Assembly: GCA_965240325.2 (NCBI GenBank)
Contig: OZ251224.1
Span: 2,728,001-2,792,000, forward strand
Reading direction: 5' to 3'
DNA length: 64,000 nucleotides
Origin: Rebecca billardiae RCC1528
Lineage: Eukaryota; Protista; Haptophyta
Part shown: positions 35,734-46,846 of the stretch, one piece after another
Layout: every line of letters starts with the position of its first letter
Position numbering within the stretch: the first letter of the stretch is position 1
The notes under the pieces: model-generated
The model's input: the letters and a program-made list of their open reading frames with translations, nothing else
What the model was told of the DNA's origin: nothing
Database searches by the model: none
Translations under genes and position numbers: made by a program

Positions 35734-36791
35734 CTCTGAGCACTAGCCACTAGGGCCGTGCGCCCCCAACTTCGTTGTTCACTACCCGAAGATCGGCGTA
35801 GCCGATCATTAATATTGTCGTTAATTATTAATTATTATTCTATTAACGACGTGGTATGCAACGGGCAGGCGTCAAAGTCGTCAGCAAGCTGTAGCAGCAG
35901 ATCGAGCAGCAGAGACAAATAACACCAGGATCAGCGCTCCTCGTCGCCGTCGTCCCCCCCCCCCTCGTAGTCGCCCATCCATCACTCCATCGCCGACGGG
36001 CGGAAGCTCGACGCACCGTCTGGCGTCGACGCGCGCGCGCCACCGCGGTGGTCGCGGTGCCACGCGTCGTCAGCCGTCGTCTCGAAGTAGTCGTCGTGTG
36101 CAGCGCCCCCGCGGGCGCGTGCCCCCGGGCGCACGTGCGCCATCGGCCATGTGCGCGCGGGCGATGAGCATCTTGGCCTGGCCACGCAGGCAGCGCAGAG
36201 CCAGAGTGAGCGCATGATGCATGCCCAGCTCGCGCCGCATGGTGCCGAGCAGTGCGCGCTCGGCGGCGGGGCGCGAGGGCGCGCTGAGGCGCGCGCGCCA
36301 CGTGTCCCGCCCCATCTTGGCGAGATATAAGCTAATTAATTATTATCGTCATATGCATCATGCGCAGTGGCCGCCTCGGCGCCTGCCCGCCTAGGGGGCG
36401 GTGGCCAGCCAGCGCCGCGCAGGCCGGCACGGGGGCGCATCCCGGCTTCCCGCCGCATCCGAGCCAGTGTCACGCCCGTCCCATCAGGCTTCGCGGCCGA
36501 GCGGCCGAGCAGCGGCCGTAACGCGGCTTATTGCATGTCACGTAATAGATACTAGTTGATTTCGCATTGACGATCGCGCGCGCGCGCTCACGACGATGAC
36601 GATCAGCCGTGGCGGCGGTGGCCGACGAGCAGCGAGGGTGGTGCGCAGGCATTAGCCACCGCCAAGTGAGCCCCAAGCTCGGTCCGGGCGCCGGGCGACA
36701 CGCCAGGCTCGGCGCCATCCAAGCGCTGGGTGCCGTCCGGAGTGATCAGCCCGGGGCGATCCCACCGCCCCGGCATCCGCCCAGTCCGCGC

Positions 36792-38795
36792 TCACTGCGG
36801 GTTGGCCATCGCTTCTGAGTCCTGCAGGACGTCGTCGTAGTCCGGGCCGAGCACGAGCTCATGCAGCGCCTTCCCCGCGGGCACCATCGGGTAGCAGTGC
36901 TCGTGCTTGTCCACGACGAACTCGGCGAGCGCCGGCTTGTCCTCCTCCGCGAGGAACGCCGCCATCGTCTCCTCGAGCGTGTCGTACGAGTCGCTGCGGA
37001 AGCCGGCGCAGTGCATTGACTGCGCGAGTGCGACAAAGTTGGGGTTGAACTGGCGCGTGGCGGAGTGCTTCTCGTTGAAGAAGAGGTCCTGCCACTGCTT
37101 CACCATCCCCTGGAAGTCGTTGTTCAGCAGGAGCACCTTGATGGGCACGCCGTACTGCGCGGCGGTCACCAGCTCGCACGCGGTCATGATGAAGGAGCCG
37201 TCGCCGTCAATGTCCACGACCATCTTGTCGGGCGCGCCAATCTTGGCGCCGACGGCCGAGGGCACGCCGAAGCCCATCGTGCCGAGGCCGCCGCTGCTCA
37301 CCCACTGCCCGGGGTTCCTGTACCGGAAGAACTGCGCCGCCCACATCTGGTGCTGCCCGACGCCCGTCGTGACGATCACGTCGTCCCTGTGCGCCACCTG
37401 CCGGTAGAACTCAGCGATCACCGCCTGCGGCTTCATGCGGCCCGAGCGGGACTCGCCCTTGCCGTACCGGAAGCCGAACTTCTCCTTGAGCTCGGCGATG
37501 CGCTCGAGCCAGTGCGCGCGCGAGCGGCTCGTGGGCGCGCTGATGCGCGGTAACAAGCGCGCGAGGTTCGGCTTGATGTCGCCCAGCACGGGCACGTTCG
37601 CCGTCACCACCTTGTCGAGCATCGACTGCTCAATCTCGAAGTGGATGATACCGCCGCTGCCGGTCGCGGCCGCCGCGCGCGCCTTCGGCGCAAAGTCGGC
37701 GATGCGGCCGGTGACGCGGTCGTCGAAGCGCGCGCCGAGCGCGATGATCAGGTCCGCCTCCTGCACCGCGTAGTTCGCGCACGCCGAGCCGTGCATCCCC
37801 AGCATGTGCAGCGAGAGCGGGTGGAGCTCGTCGAACGCGCCCAGGCCCTGCAGCGTCGTCGTCACAGGGATCTTGGCCTTCTCCGAGAGCGCGCGGAGCT
37901 CGGCCGAGGCCTGCGAGTTGATCACGCCGGCGCCGGCGTAGATGAGCGGGCGCTCCGCGCGCGCGATCAGGTCCGCCGCCTTGGCCAGCGCGTCCTCCGT
38001 CGAGATCGTCGCGCGGTACAGCGGCTTGGCCGTGTTGTAGGGCTTCGCGTCCGGCTCGACCGTCAGCGTGCCCGCAGTCACGTCCTTGGGCAGATCGACG
38101 AGCACGGGGCCCGGGCGGCCGCTCATGGCGATCTCGAAGGCCTCGTTGATCCGGCGCGGCAGCTCCTCCACCGTGCGCACGAGCACGTTCCACTTCGTGC
38201 ACGACGCCGAGATGCCGACCGTGTCGCACTCTTGGAAGGCGTCCGAGCCGATCGCGTTGGTCGCGACCTGGCCGCAAAAGACGACCATCGGCGTGCCATC
38301 CTTCAGGGCGTCCTGCATCGGCGTGATCAGGTTGGTCGCGCCGGGGCCGCTGGTCACGAGGACCACGCCCGGCTTGCCCGTCACGCGCGCGAAGCCCTGC
38401 GCCATGTGCCCCGCGCCCTGCTCGTGCCGCGAGAGCACAAACTCGATGTGCGGGCTCTCGTAGATGGCGTCGAAGACGGGCAGGATGGCGCCGCCGGGGT
38501 AGCCGAAGAGGTGCGAGACCTTGTGCTCGGCCATCATCTGGTGGAAGATCACGGCACCCGTCTTGCCCACGTAGGGCGTCCACGGGGTTGGCTTGAGCTT
38601 GTCGTGCTCATCCTCCTCGATCACCGGCTCCATCGACTCGGGGAAGGACTCCTTGGGCTCGGCCGCGGCGGGCTTGGGCTGGAGCTGCGCGGGCGTGAAG
38701 CCAGAGCCCCACATCTCCTTCACGCCCAGCGACGACGCGCATCGCGCCGCGCCGAGGCGCAGCAGCGGCCGCGCCAGGAGCGTCCGTCGCAGCAT
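36792..38795 (-). CDS. ILV2: Acetolactate synthase catalytic subunit with a mitochondrial-type presequence, intronless
   Basis: [57 protein letters not shown] and GMVKQWQ motifs; N-terminus [22 protein letters not shown]. Confidence 0.96.
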   Translation of the reverse strand: MLRRTLLARPLLRLGAARCASSLGVKEMWGSGFTPAQLQPKPAAAEPKESFPESMEPVIEEDEHDKLKPTPWTPYVGKTGAVIFHQMMAEHKVSHLFGYPGGAILPVFDAIYESPHIEFVLSRHEQGAGHMAQGFARVTGKPGVVLVTSGPGATNLITPMQDALKDGTPMVVFCGQVATNAIGSDAFQECDTVGISASCTKWNVLVRTVEELPRRINEAFEIAMSGRPGPVLVDLPKDVTAGTLTVEPDAKPYNTAKPLYRATISTEDALAKAADLIARAERPLIYAGAGVINSQASAELRALSEKAKIPVTTTLQGLGAFDELHPLSLHMLGMHGSACANYAVQEADLIIALGARFDDRVTGRIADFAPKARAAAATGSGGIIHFEIEQSMLDKVVTANVPVLGDIKPNLARLLPRISAPTSRSRAHWLERIAELKEKFGFRYGKGESRSGRMKPQAVIAEFYRQVAHRDDVIVTTGVGQHQMWAAQFFRYRNPGQWVSSGGLGTMGFGVPSAVGAKIGAPDKMVVDIDGDGSFIMTACELVTAAQYGVPIKVLLLNNDFQGMVKQWQDLFFNEKHSATRQFNPNFVALAQSMHCAGFRSDSYDTLEETMAAFLAEEDKPALAEFVVDKHEHCYPMVPAGKALHELVLGPDYDDVLQDSEAMANPQ

Positions 38796-39166
38796 CTCGC
38801 TCCGGCCAAAGGGTGGGACCAGCCTCGTGCCCGTGCTCGTGCCCTTCCGCCGGACGGCGCTAATGTTTGTTTCATGAATCAATCAGCGTGGGTTGCGGTA
38901 GCTCTTCGAAGCATCGTCGCGTGACTGAGACGACAGCTGTCCATGGCTCCATGCTGCCCGAATTTCATCATCGTCCATTTTCGTCGTCGACAGTCGTCAC
39001 TCGTCCGGGTCGTCGACACGCATGGTGAGGATTTATTGAGCATTCCATTTTCCGCGGATAGGGCGCGGATGTTTTTTTGGGGATGGCCGTTGGCAGCGGC
39101 GGCGGCGTGAAGGCAAGGCGCGCGGAGCCACCGTATCATCCACGACCTCGCGCGACGGCGTCGACG

Positions 39167-39973
39167 ATGGCGCTCGAGCTGCTGACGGCACGCGCGCAGC
39201 GCAACGCGTCCAACTTCGAGGAGGTGCTGCAGAAGAAGCGCGCCTCGACATCTGCGCCCGGTCCGAGTGACGGCTCGGACGCGCAGCCCAACGCGCAGAT
39301 CGAGCTCGCGCCGTGGCGGCGAACCGCCGAGGACATCCTGGCGCCCAAGCCCAAGCCCAAGCCGAGTCCGACATGCGCGGCAGGTCTTCTCGCGCCGATG
39401 AGCACGCCATCCGTACAGGTCTCCGGCGCGAGCGGCGGAGCGGACGACCCAATCTGCGAGTTCCCCGACGACCTTGCCACTGAGTTTGACATGGCGACCG
39501 TCTCGTGCGCGTCTGGCTCGACGGCGAGATTTGGGGTCATGCGGGGCTCGCCTCTCAAGCTGAAGCGCAAGCTCGACGAGCACCTTATGGAGTTGAACAC
39601 GCTCGCGCCCACACCGCCCTCGAATCATCTGCGCGTCCCTCTGGTCGAGGCTGCGCATGATAACTTTCCCGCCGACTTGGAGGCCTTCTACCGCACGCCA
39701 CGCAAGCGCCAGCCTCGCGCTGACGCGATGGGCTCCGGGCAAGCGGCGATGTACGGACATTCGGCGGAGCACGGCATGGACGGAGAACGTCCACACGCAA
39801 TCGAAGAGTCCGAGGACGGGACACCGACAGGCTGCGACGCTGAGGGCAACGCAACCACGCATGCGCTGGAGACGACAACTCAGATGACGACGACTGCTGC
39901 TGTGCCACTCGGCCCACGGTCTTCGCTGGCACAGCGCTTCGGAGACTCGCATGCAGCGCCTTCGCCGTCGTAG
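39167..39973 (+). CDS. Hypothetical disordered protein
   Basis: ORF MALELLTARAQRNASNFEEVLQKKR... divergent from the ALS gene; basic NLS-like patches (KLKRK, TPRKR). Confidence 0.55.
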   Translation: MALELLTARAQRNASNFEEVLQKKRASTSAPGPSDGSDAQPNAQIELAPWRRTAEDILAPKPKPKPSPTCAAGLLAPMSTPSVQVSGASGGADDPICEFPDDLATEFDMATVSCASGSTARFGVMRGSPLKLKRKLDEHLMELNTLAPTPPSNHLRVPLVEAAHDNFPADLEAFYRTPRKRQPRADAMGSGQAAMYGHSAEHGMDGERPHAIEESEDGTPTGCDAEGNATTHALETTTQMTTTAAVPLGPRSSLAQRFGDSHAAPSPS

Positions 39974-42004
39974 CGACATGGAGAATCTGTACGGCTATCG
40001 TGACTGTGGATACTCGAAGGTGTCTCGCGACATTGTATATCGTCGCATGCATGAGAGTAGTAATGCCACCAGGGCCCTGTCCTGTAGCTAACCGTCCTAA
40101 ACGCCATGTTTCAACGACTACTCAACTGACGGTGAGCTGTGATGATGAGACATGCCGAGTGCGCATGCGGCTCTGCGGCTTTGCGCTACAACAGAGCGCC
40201 GCTCAGGGCCAGCTTTGGCAGCTGCAGCGATTGCACACGCCGCTGCGGACGGGCCTCCGCCACTCACTGTGTGATTATGTGGCATGACTGCTGCAGTGCT
40301 GCTTTCGGTGGGCGCGATGTTTTCTCGCTAAATGGATGTTAAAAGGGGGCTCGAACAAGCAGAACTCGGTCTCTGTCGACCGTCTCCACCAGCCCTAAAA
40401 ATCGCCCAGTCCCTTTCAATTTGTCTTTGGTCAAAGATCTTTTTGACAACGTGGTTCGGCAGCACGTTTTTAGTTTTACCGTCTTTACCGTGGCTCATCG
40501 CCGCGGAACGCGCCGATGGCGTAAGAGGCTACAAGCCTGTAGGCCAACTGCAAAGGCTACGACTGTAGGCGATCGCCAAGATGGAGTGGCACGGCCTGCG
40601 TTGGCCGCGCCTCCGCGCACACAGTCTGTCTGTCACTATTAGTACTGACACGTCAGTTAAACGTCCAGGCACCATGAATCGGCATGCGGCACATGTATCC
40701 GCGCAAGCTTGGCATGTGACAATGTGCTCGATGTCTGCGCGGCTAGGCGAAGCGCACATTGTCCCCGTGATGCGCAGCTTGTGACGGTTCTGACGCCCGT
40801 TGCGCGGCGCATGCCAGTCGCCATGAAATAGAAATCCAGAGCTTTGGCAAGCTGCAGGCCTTGATGGACAGAATCGGACGAAGCGCGCTCAGGCCTCGAG
40901 GAACAGAAGGCCGCGGCAGGCTCAAATCTTGCCTCGCGTGCGATGGCGCTTCCCGCAGCCTGCGATCACCTCGTCGCCCTTATTGTAACCGGAAGGGCGC
41001 TCAGTAATTCGCTTCAAAGCATGAGCACGGTCCGTGCGCGCCCAGGTGGCTAGGCGGGTCGCACGCAAGGCTGGGGGATGGCCATTTCAAGAGCTGGCCC
41101 ACAGTGACAGTCGACCTGCTACCTTGCAGGCGACAGTGCCCGCCCAACGGGCTCGACGGCGGAGAGCAACCGGCAATCGCGAATTCACCGTGCGCGGCAG
41201 ACTGGTGTTCGGTTGCATGCGGCCCGTGTCCGCACTCATGCATACGGTGTGATCTAAGGTATGACCTGCAACCAAGTTCCGCCGGTGGGAGCTGCAGGTG
41301 GGCCACCACGGGCGTACTCCGCTATCGCACCCGCTTTCACGCGAGTGTGTCAGTTGTGATGGCTGTGCCCGCCGAGGTACGATGGCGGGCGGTAAATTCC
41401 GGCCGCCCGGGTCGGTCCGGGTGGATGCCCCAAACGGACGGATCTGATCTCAAAGAGATTACCCGTAAAAAGTATTGTGATTGAAGGTCAATGGTCTGTG
41501 TCGTTAAATCATAGAATGAGTAGTAATAGCATGTGGTCTTTCTTCGCACCCATATGAGAATCAGGCTGGTAGAGTGTAACTCCATTATATAGTTATGTGA
41601 GATGCATATCTCCCTTGCCATACGTCAAACTTGTGAGCACTCATTATTGAGAAGGCACCCATCGGTTCCCACTTCCCAGCTCTGAGCTCTCTGATCAATA
41701 GTCTGATCGTATGGAGAAGGTCGGCATTCAGAATAGAAAACTCTAAAATGAGTATCTTCTACTCGTCCGAATACTGAATAGGCCGCGCTCCGGGGAATAA
41801 GCGACGATATCCGATCCGCGTAATTACCCTGCTCTGGCTATAATTAACTGAAGGCGGTTTCAGCAAGGGGACTTCGGCTAACACCGTTTCAGCTGGCCTC
41901 CAAAAAGTGGTGCCTGTGGGCGACGATGCTCAACACAGCCTGGCGACGAACCGAAGCGAAGCGTAACTTGCGTTCATCAAGCAGCCTCGTCGCGGCCGGT
42001 CATC

Positions 42005-43071
42005 ATGCTCCGCACGCTCCTCCTCGCCACCGCCGTCCTCCACGCCTCGGCGTCGAGCCACTACTCGTGCGGGGACGTGGTCGAGTTCGCCGACGGCGTG
42101 TGCGGGACCGGTTCGTCTCAGTCACCGATCAACATCAACCCAGGCACCACGACGGAGATCCCCGCGTGAGTTGCTGCTGCATGCGGCGCTTAGCGCAGCG
42201 CGCCTTCCCCCCTCCTCCGGCGCGCGCTGACTCCTCTGCTGCCCCCCCCCCCCCCCTCTCCGGCGCGCGCGCATGCGCGCAGGTCTGAGCTCAAGCTCCA
42301 GATGAAGTACCCGGCGGGCGTCGCCACCACATGGGACGGCAAGAAGTGGGACATCCATGCGGGCGGCGACGCGCACGTGCTGGCAATGAACCAAAAGTTC
42401 AACCTCATCCAATTCCACGTGCACTCGCCGTCGGAGCACAACATCAACGGGGCGTTCCTCGGCGCGGAGGTCCACTTCGTCCACCAGAACCCGTCTACCC
42501 TGCAGCTCCTCGTCGTCGGCATCAAATTCAGCGGCACGGGCTCCGCCGAGTCGCCGTTCCTCGAGCAGCTCGCCTTCTCGGCCATGGTGTGTGGCATCGC
42601 CGAGCGCAGGCATGCAGGCGCGCGCGCCGGAACCGTGCGCGCTCACGCGCCCAGCCCCGCCCGCCCGCCCACGCCGCGCAGAACGACGACGGCAAGACGA
42701 AGTACTATGTTGACCTGGACGTGACGCCGATGATCACCAACGTGCAGCACATGGGCTACTACACGTACATGGGCTCGCTCACGGCGGGCTCATGCGCGGA
42801 GGACCTGATCTGGATTGTGAGCGAGCACATCGAGCCGGCCTCGCAGGCGCAGATCTGCGATTACTACGACAACAAGGGGATCTTCGCGACCTCGCGGCCC
42901 GTTCAGGCGTACAATGGCCGCGAGATCTCGCACTCCGCGTGGTACTACGGCGAGGTCGAGGTGCCATCGCCCGTGGTGTCGTGCCCGTCGGGCTGCGTTC
43001 CCGCGTCGCGCCGCCGCCTGCTTTTCGGCGGGTTCTCCAACAAGTGCCCGGCGGGCTGCGTGTCGGCATGA
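42005..43071 (+). CDS. Secreted alpha-carbonic anhydrase; predicted introns 42166-42282 and 42587-42681
   Basis: Signal peptide MLRTLLLATAVLHASA; QSPINI, QFHVHSPSEH, EVHFVH (three Zn-binding His), YMGSLT and RPVQ.YNGR. Confidence 0.93.
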
Positions 43072-43782
43072 GCTGGATGTCCCAAAAGGTATGCGCAGCC
43101 AATATGTGCCGACCGTGGCCGCGTGCTAGCCGGCCACAACTGCAGCAGCATCGACTGAGTCATAATAATGAGCATGCAGGCTGATATATGATACATCGAC
43201 AAACAACAATGGTGATGATAGTAGCCGCATCAGTTGAGTATAGTGACTAGTGTCGGACGAAGAGTCACAAGACAGACAAGACTCAAGAGTAGTCCCCGGG
43301 GCGCCTGACTGGCGCCGACGGTGCGTTGCGCCCGCCGGAGCCGGACTCGGACTCGCGGAGACCGGTGAGTCATCGGAGGCCGCGTGGCCGCTCACCCGCT
43401 GTCGCCTGTCTAATACAGTTTACTAAGAATAAGAGACGCACACAGCTCAGGCAGGCGAGATAATTGACAGCAACGGCTTCTTCTTATTATATATATATTA
43501 TTATTATAAAGTCGTTCTTCAGAACTCGGCGCTTCGCCTGCTTCGCGGCCCTTCCCGCTAGCCGTATACTATAGCTTGGCGCACGTCCGTTCAAGATTAT
43601 GATAATCCCGTACGTAGTACACAGTACTACGTCGTAGGCTGCCTAACGACAACGGTAGCGCGCATAGTACGGGGCAGCGCCGTCGGGGGCCCGGTCGGGT
43701 GGTCAGCGGCGTCTCAGCTAGGCGCGCGCAACGGCGCCGTGATGAATCGTCGCATGGGGCCGCCTGGCGGCACATGGCATCA

Positions 43783-46530
43783 TCAGAGGGCGAGCTGCTC
43801 GTGCGTGTACTCCCGCCGGCCGCTCGAGAAGTCGCTCACGGTGTGCCCGTCCTCCGCCGTGGAGACGAGGCGCCAGCGCGTGGTGAGCAGCCCTTCGAGG
43901 CCGACCGGCCCGCGAGCGTGGATGCGGCTCGTGCTGATGCCGACCTCGCATCCGAGCCCGAAGCGGAAGCCGTCGGCGAAGCGCGTGCTCGCGTTGTGGA
44001 ACACGCACGCCGAGTCCACCTGCGAGAGGAAGCTCGACGCCACCGCCGCGTCCTCCGTCAGCACCACCTCGGTGTGCGACGAGCCGTAGCGCGCAATGTG
44101 CGCCACGGCCTCGCTCAGGTCGTCGACCACTTCGACGCAGAGGGTGTTGTCACCGTACTCGGTGCGCAGGTCAGCGGCGGGCTCGAAGCCGAGCGCCTTG
44201 GACGCGCGCGGGCCGCCGACGATGCGCACCCCCGCGGAGGTGAGCGCCGCTGCCAGCTCCTGCGCGGGCGAGCGGCGCGCGCGAGCGGCGCGGTGCGCGA
44301 GCAAGTGAGCGCGTCGTGACAGCGGGCGGCGCGTGTGCGCGCGCGCGCGCGCACGCCGCGTTGCGAGCCTACCGTCGCGCGGCCGTCCTCGACCAAGTCC
44401 ACGTGCACCAGCGCGGTCTCGACCGCGTTGCACGCCGTCGGGTAGTCCAGCTTCGCGTCGGCGAGGACCCGCTTCGCCTTCGCCAGGTCGACCTTGCGGT
44501 CCACGTACGCGTGGCAGATGCCGTCGGCGTGGCCGAGCACGGGGATGGATGAGTTCTGCATCACGTGCTGGACGAGCGCCGCGCCGCCGCGCGGGATGAC
44601 GAGGTCGATCTCCTGCGCGGGGCGGCCGCGGGGCACGCGCGCACGCCGGCCGGGGACCGCGCCACGTGTTGCAGGGCGGGCACGTGGCAGAGCGCGATCT
44701 CGATGTGAGTGCATGAGTGCGTGAGTGAGCCAAGGGCGGGGGCAACTGGGCGCGCGCGCGCGGCCAGGGGCGCGCGCGGGCGCGCGCGCGCGCGCAAGCG
44801 AGGCGCACGGGTCGTAGGGCGCGCACGTGGTGCAGCTTGAGCAGCCCCGACACCTCGGTGCGCGTCTCGAGCAGGCTCACGATCGCGCGGTCGACCGCGC
44901 CGCCCGTCGCCGTGTGCACCGTGTCCGTGATGATCTCGTGCAGCTTGCGGTTCGTCATGATGGCCTCGCGCCCGCCCTTGAGAAGCACGCCGTTGCCCGT
45001 GACGATCGCGAGCGCGGAGACCTGCGGCAGCACGTCGGGGCGCGACTCGAAGATGATGAGCAGCACGCCGATCGCCACCGTCTCCTGCAGCAGCTCGAGC
45101 CCGTCGGCGACGCGCGTGCGCGCCTTCACGCGGCCGAGCGGGTCGTCCTTGCCAGCGAGCGCGCGGATGCCGTCAATGACAGACTTGAGCTTCTTGCCTT
45201 GCACCTCGAGCCGGCCGCGCAGCGGGCCGGTGATCTTCTGGTCGTCCGCCGCCTTGATGTCCAGCGCATTCGCGGCGTAGATCTCGTCCGCCCGGCGCAG
45301 CAGCTCGTCGGCGATCGTGTGGAGCAGCTTCGAGCGCTCGGCGCAGCTCAGCCGCTGCAGCTGCCGGCTCGCCGCGCGCACCGCGGACGCGCGCTCGGCC
45401 GACGCCGACGACTGCGCCGACGACTCCGGCGCAGCGGGGCCGTTGGTCTTGGCGGCGGAGACGCCGTTCGCGCCGGCCGCCCCGGGCTTGGCGCGGCCGC
45501 CACTCGGCAGCGGCGGCGCCACCGCCGCCGCCGCCGCGGCGGCGGCTCCCGCCGCAGCGGCGGTGGCGCTGCCGCGGCGCGGAGCGGAGGCGACGACGCG
45601 GACCGAAGGCGGGAAGAAGAGGGTCCCGACGGTCTCGCCGGCGAAGAGCTTCTCGACTTCGTTGGGCGCGTGGCCCGAGGCGATGGCGACGCAGCCGACG
45701 CCGCTCTCCGCCGCGCGCAGCGCCGCGTCGATCTTCGCGCCCATCCCACCGCGGCCGAGCGACGACTTCTGGCCGATGCTGATCTGCGTGTCCGCGGTGT
45801 ACACGTCGATAATGTCCGGCGGCTGGCCGGGCTCGGGCAGGCAGCGGTACACGCCCTCGACGTCGGAGAGGAGGACGAGGACGTCGGCACCGAGCACGCC
45901 CGCGAGCAGCGACGCGAGCCCGTCGTTGTCCTTGAACGGCGGCTCGGGGCGCGTGGACGGCGAGACGGGCTGCCCGTCGGGCCCGACGGCGGCGGTGAGC
46001 GTGCGGTGCGACGAGATGGCGTCGTTCTCGTTCAGCACGGGGATGGTGTTGTGCTCGAGGAGCCAGGTGAGCGTGTGCTTGAGCTGCGCGACCTGGTTGG
46101 CGTGGGCGAAGTCCGACGGCGAGACCAGCACCTGCGCGCACAGCACGTCGTACTGCCCGAAGAGCTGGTCGTATAGGCCCATCATGCCCGACTGGCCCGC
46201 AGCCGCGCACGCGTTCAGGCTCGCGGGCTCGGGCGCGTTGGTCCCGCCGAGCTGGAGGTGCGCCTGGACGGAGCGGGAGAAGAGGTGCTGGCGGTGCAAC
46301 TTCGACCGGCCAACGCCCACGGCGCCGCTCGAGACCAGGATCACGTCCTTTCCCTGGTGGCGCAGCGCGCTCAGCTGCTCGACAATGTTGCCGATGCGGC
46401 CGAGCGACATCGAGCCGTCGCTGCGGCTGACGGTGCTGGTGCCGACCTTCACGATGACCCGCTTCGCTGAAGTCAGGTCCGCCCGGCAGCGCGGGCGGAA
46501 GCGATCGCCGTCACCGGTCCGCGCGGACAT
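43783..46530 (-). CDS. P5CS: Bifunctional delta-1-pyrroline-5-carboxylate synthase (glutamate 5-kinase plus gamma-glutamyl phosphate reductase); predicted introns 44613-44826 and 44260-44372
   Basis: [80 protein letters not shown] and HARGPVG motifs. Confidence 0.97.
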   Translation of the reverse strand: MSARTGDGDRFRPRCRADLTSAKRVIVKVGTSTVSRSDGSMSLGRIGNIVEQLSALRHQGKDVILVSSGAVGVGRSKLHRQHLFSRSVQAHLQLGGTNAPEPASLNACAAAGQSGMMGLYDQLFGQYDVLCAQVLVSPSDFAHANQVAQLKHTLTWLLEHNTIPVLNENDAISSHRTLTAAVGPDGQPVSPSTRPEPPFKDNDGLASLLAGVLGADVLVLLSDVEGVYRCLPEPGQPPDIIDVYTADTQISIGQKSSLGRGGMGAKIDAALRAAESGVGCVAIASGHAPNEVEKLFAGETVGTLFFPPSVRVVASAPRRGSATAAAAGAAAAAAAAVAPPLPSGGRAKPGAAGANGVSAAKTNGPAAPESSAQSSASAERASAVRAASRQLQRLSCAERSKLLHTIADELLRRADEIYAANALDIKAADDQKITGPLRGRLEVQGKKLKSVIDGIRALAGKDDPLGRVKARTRVADGLELLQETVAIGVLLIIFESRPDVLPQVSALAIVTGNGVLLKGGREAIMTNRKLHEIITDTVHTATGGAVDRAIVSLLETRTEVSGLLKLHHVRALRPVRLACARARARARPWPRARAQLPPPLAHSRTHALTSRSRSATCPPCNTWRGPRPACARAPRPPRAGDRPRHPARRRGARPARDAELIHPRARPRRRHLPRVRGPQGRPGEGEAGPRRREAGLPDGVQRGRDRAGARGLGRGRPRDGRLATRRARARAHTRRPLSRRAHLLAHRAARARRSPAQELAAALTSAGVRIVGGPRASKALGFEPAADLRTEYGDNTLCVEVVDDLSEAVAHIARYGSSHTEVVLTEDAAVASSFLSQVDSACVFHNASTRFADGFRFGLGCEVGISTSRIHARGPVGLEGLLTTRWRLVSTAEDGHTVSDFSSGRREYTHEQLAL

Positions 46531-46846
46531 GGCGTCGAGGCTGGCCCTGATGAGGAGCTTGGCGGCCACGGCCACGCGCCCGGCCTCTTCCCCGTGATGC
46601 ACCTCAGACACCGATCCACGATGGTGGCCCGCGGATAATATGAGCTTCACTCAATCACTCGCGTTTCAGACTGTTCGTCCCGCACCGGAGCGCTCCCTTG
46701 ACCGTGCCCTTGAAACGGCTCGCAGTACGAACTTGCGTGCGCCTACGCTTGCTCTCTCCCCTTTCGCTGGCGCGCACGCCGACCAGCAGCCGGTGGCGGA
46801 CGCAGGGTCGCTCGGCCGAGCGCGAAAGAAACACGCACACGAGACG

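Noticed and set aside
31174-35964. G10 and C11 runs as TIRs of one large element
   Set aside because: Sequence adjacent to the homopolymers does not match in inverted orientation, and no TSD is visible.
40000-41900. Short ORFs or a possible ncRNA upstream of the carbonic anhydrase
   Set aside because: No recognisable protein motif and no tRNA or snRNA signature by eye; an Infernal/Rfam scan would be needed.
36792-46530. ALS, carbonic anhydrase and P5CS as a metabolic gene cluster
   Set aside because: Different pathways and predicted compartments, separated by unrelated sequence; proximity is explained by gene density.
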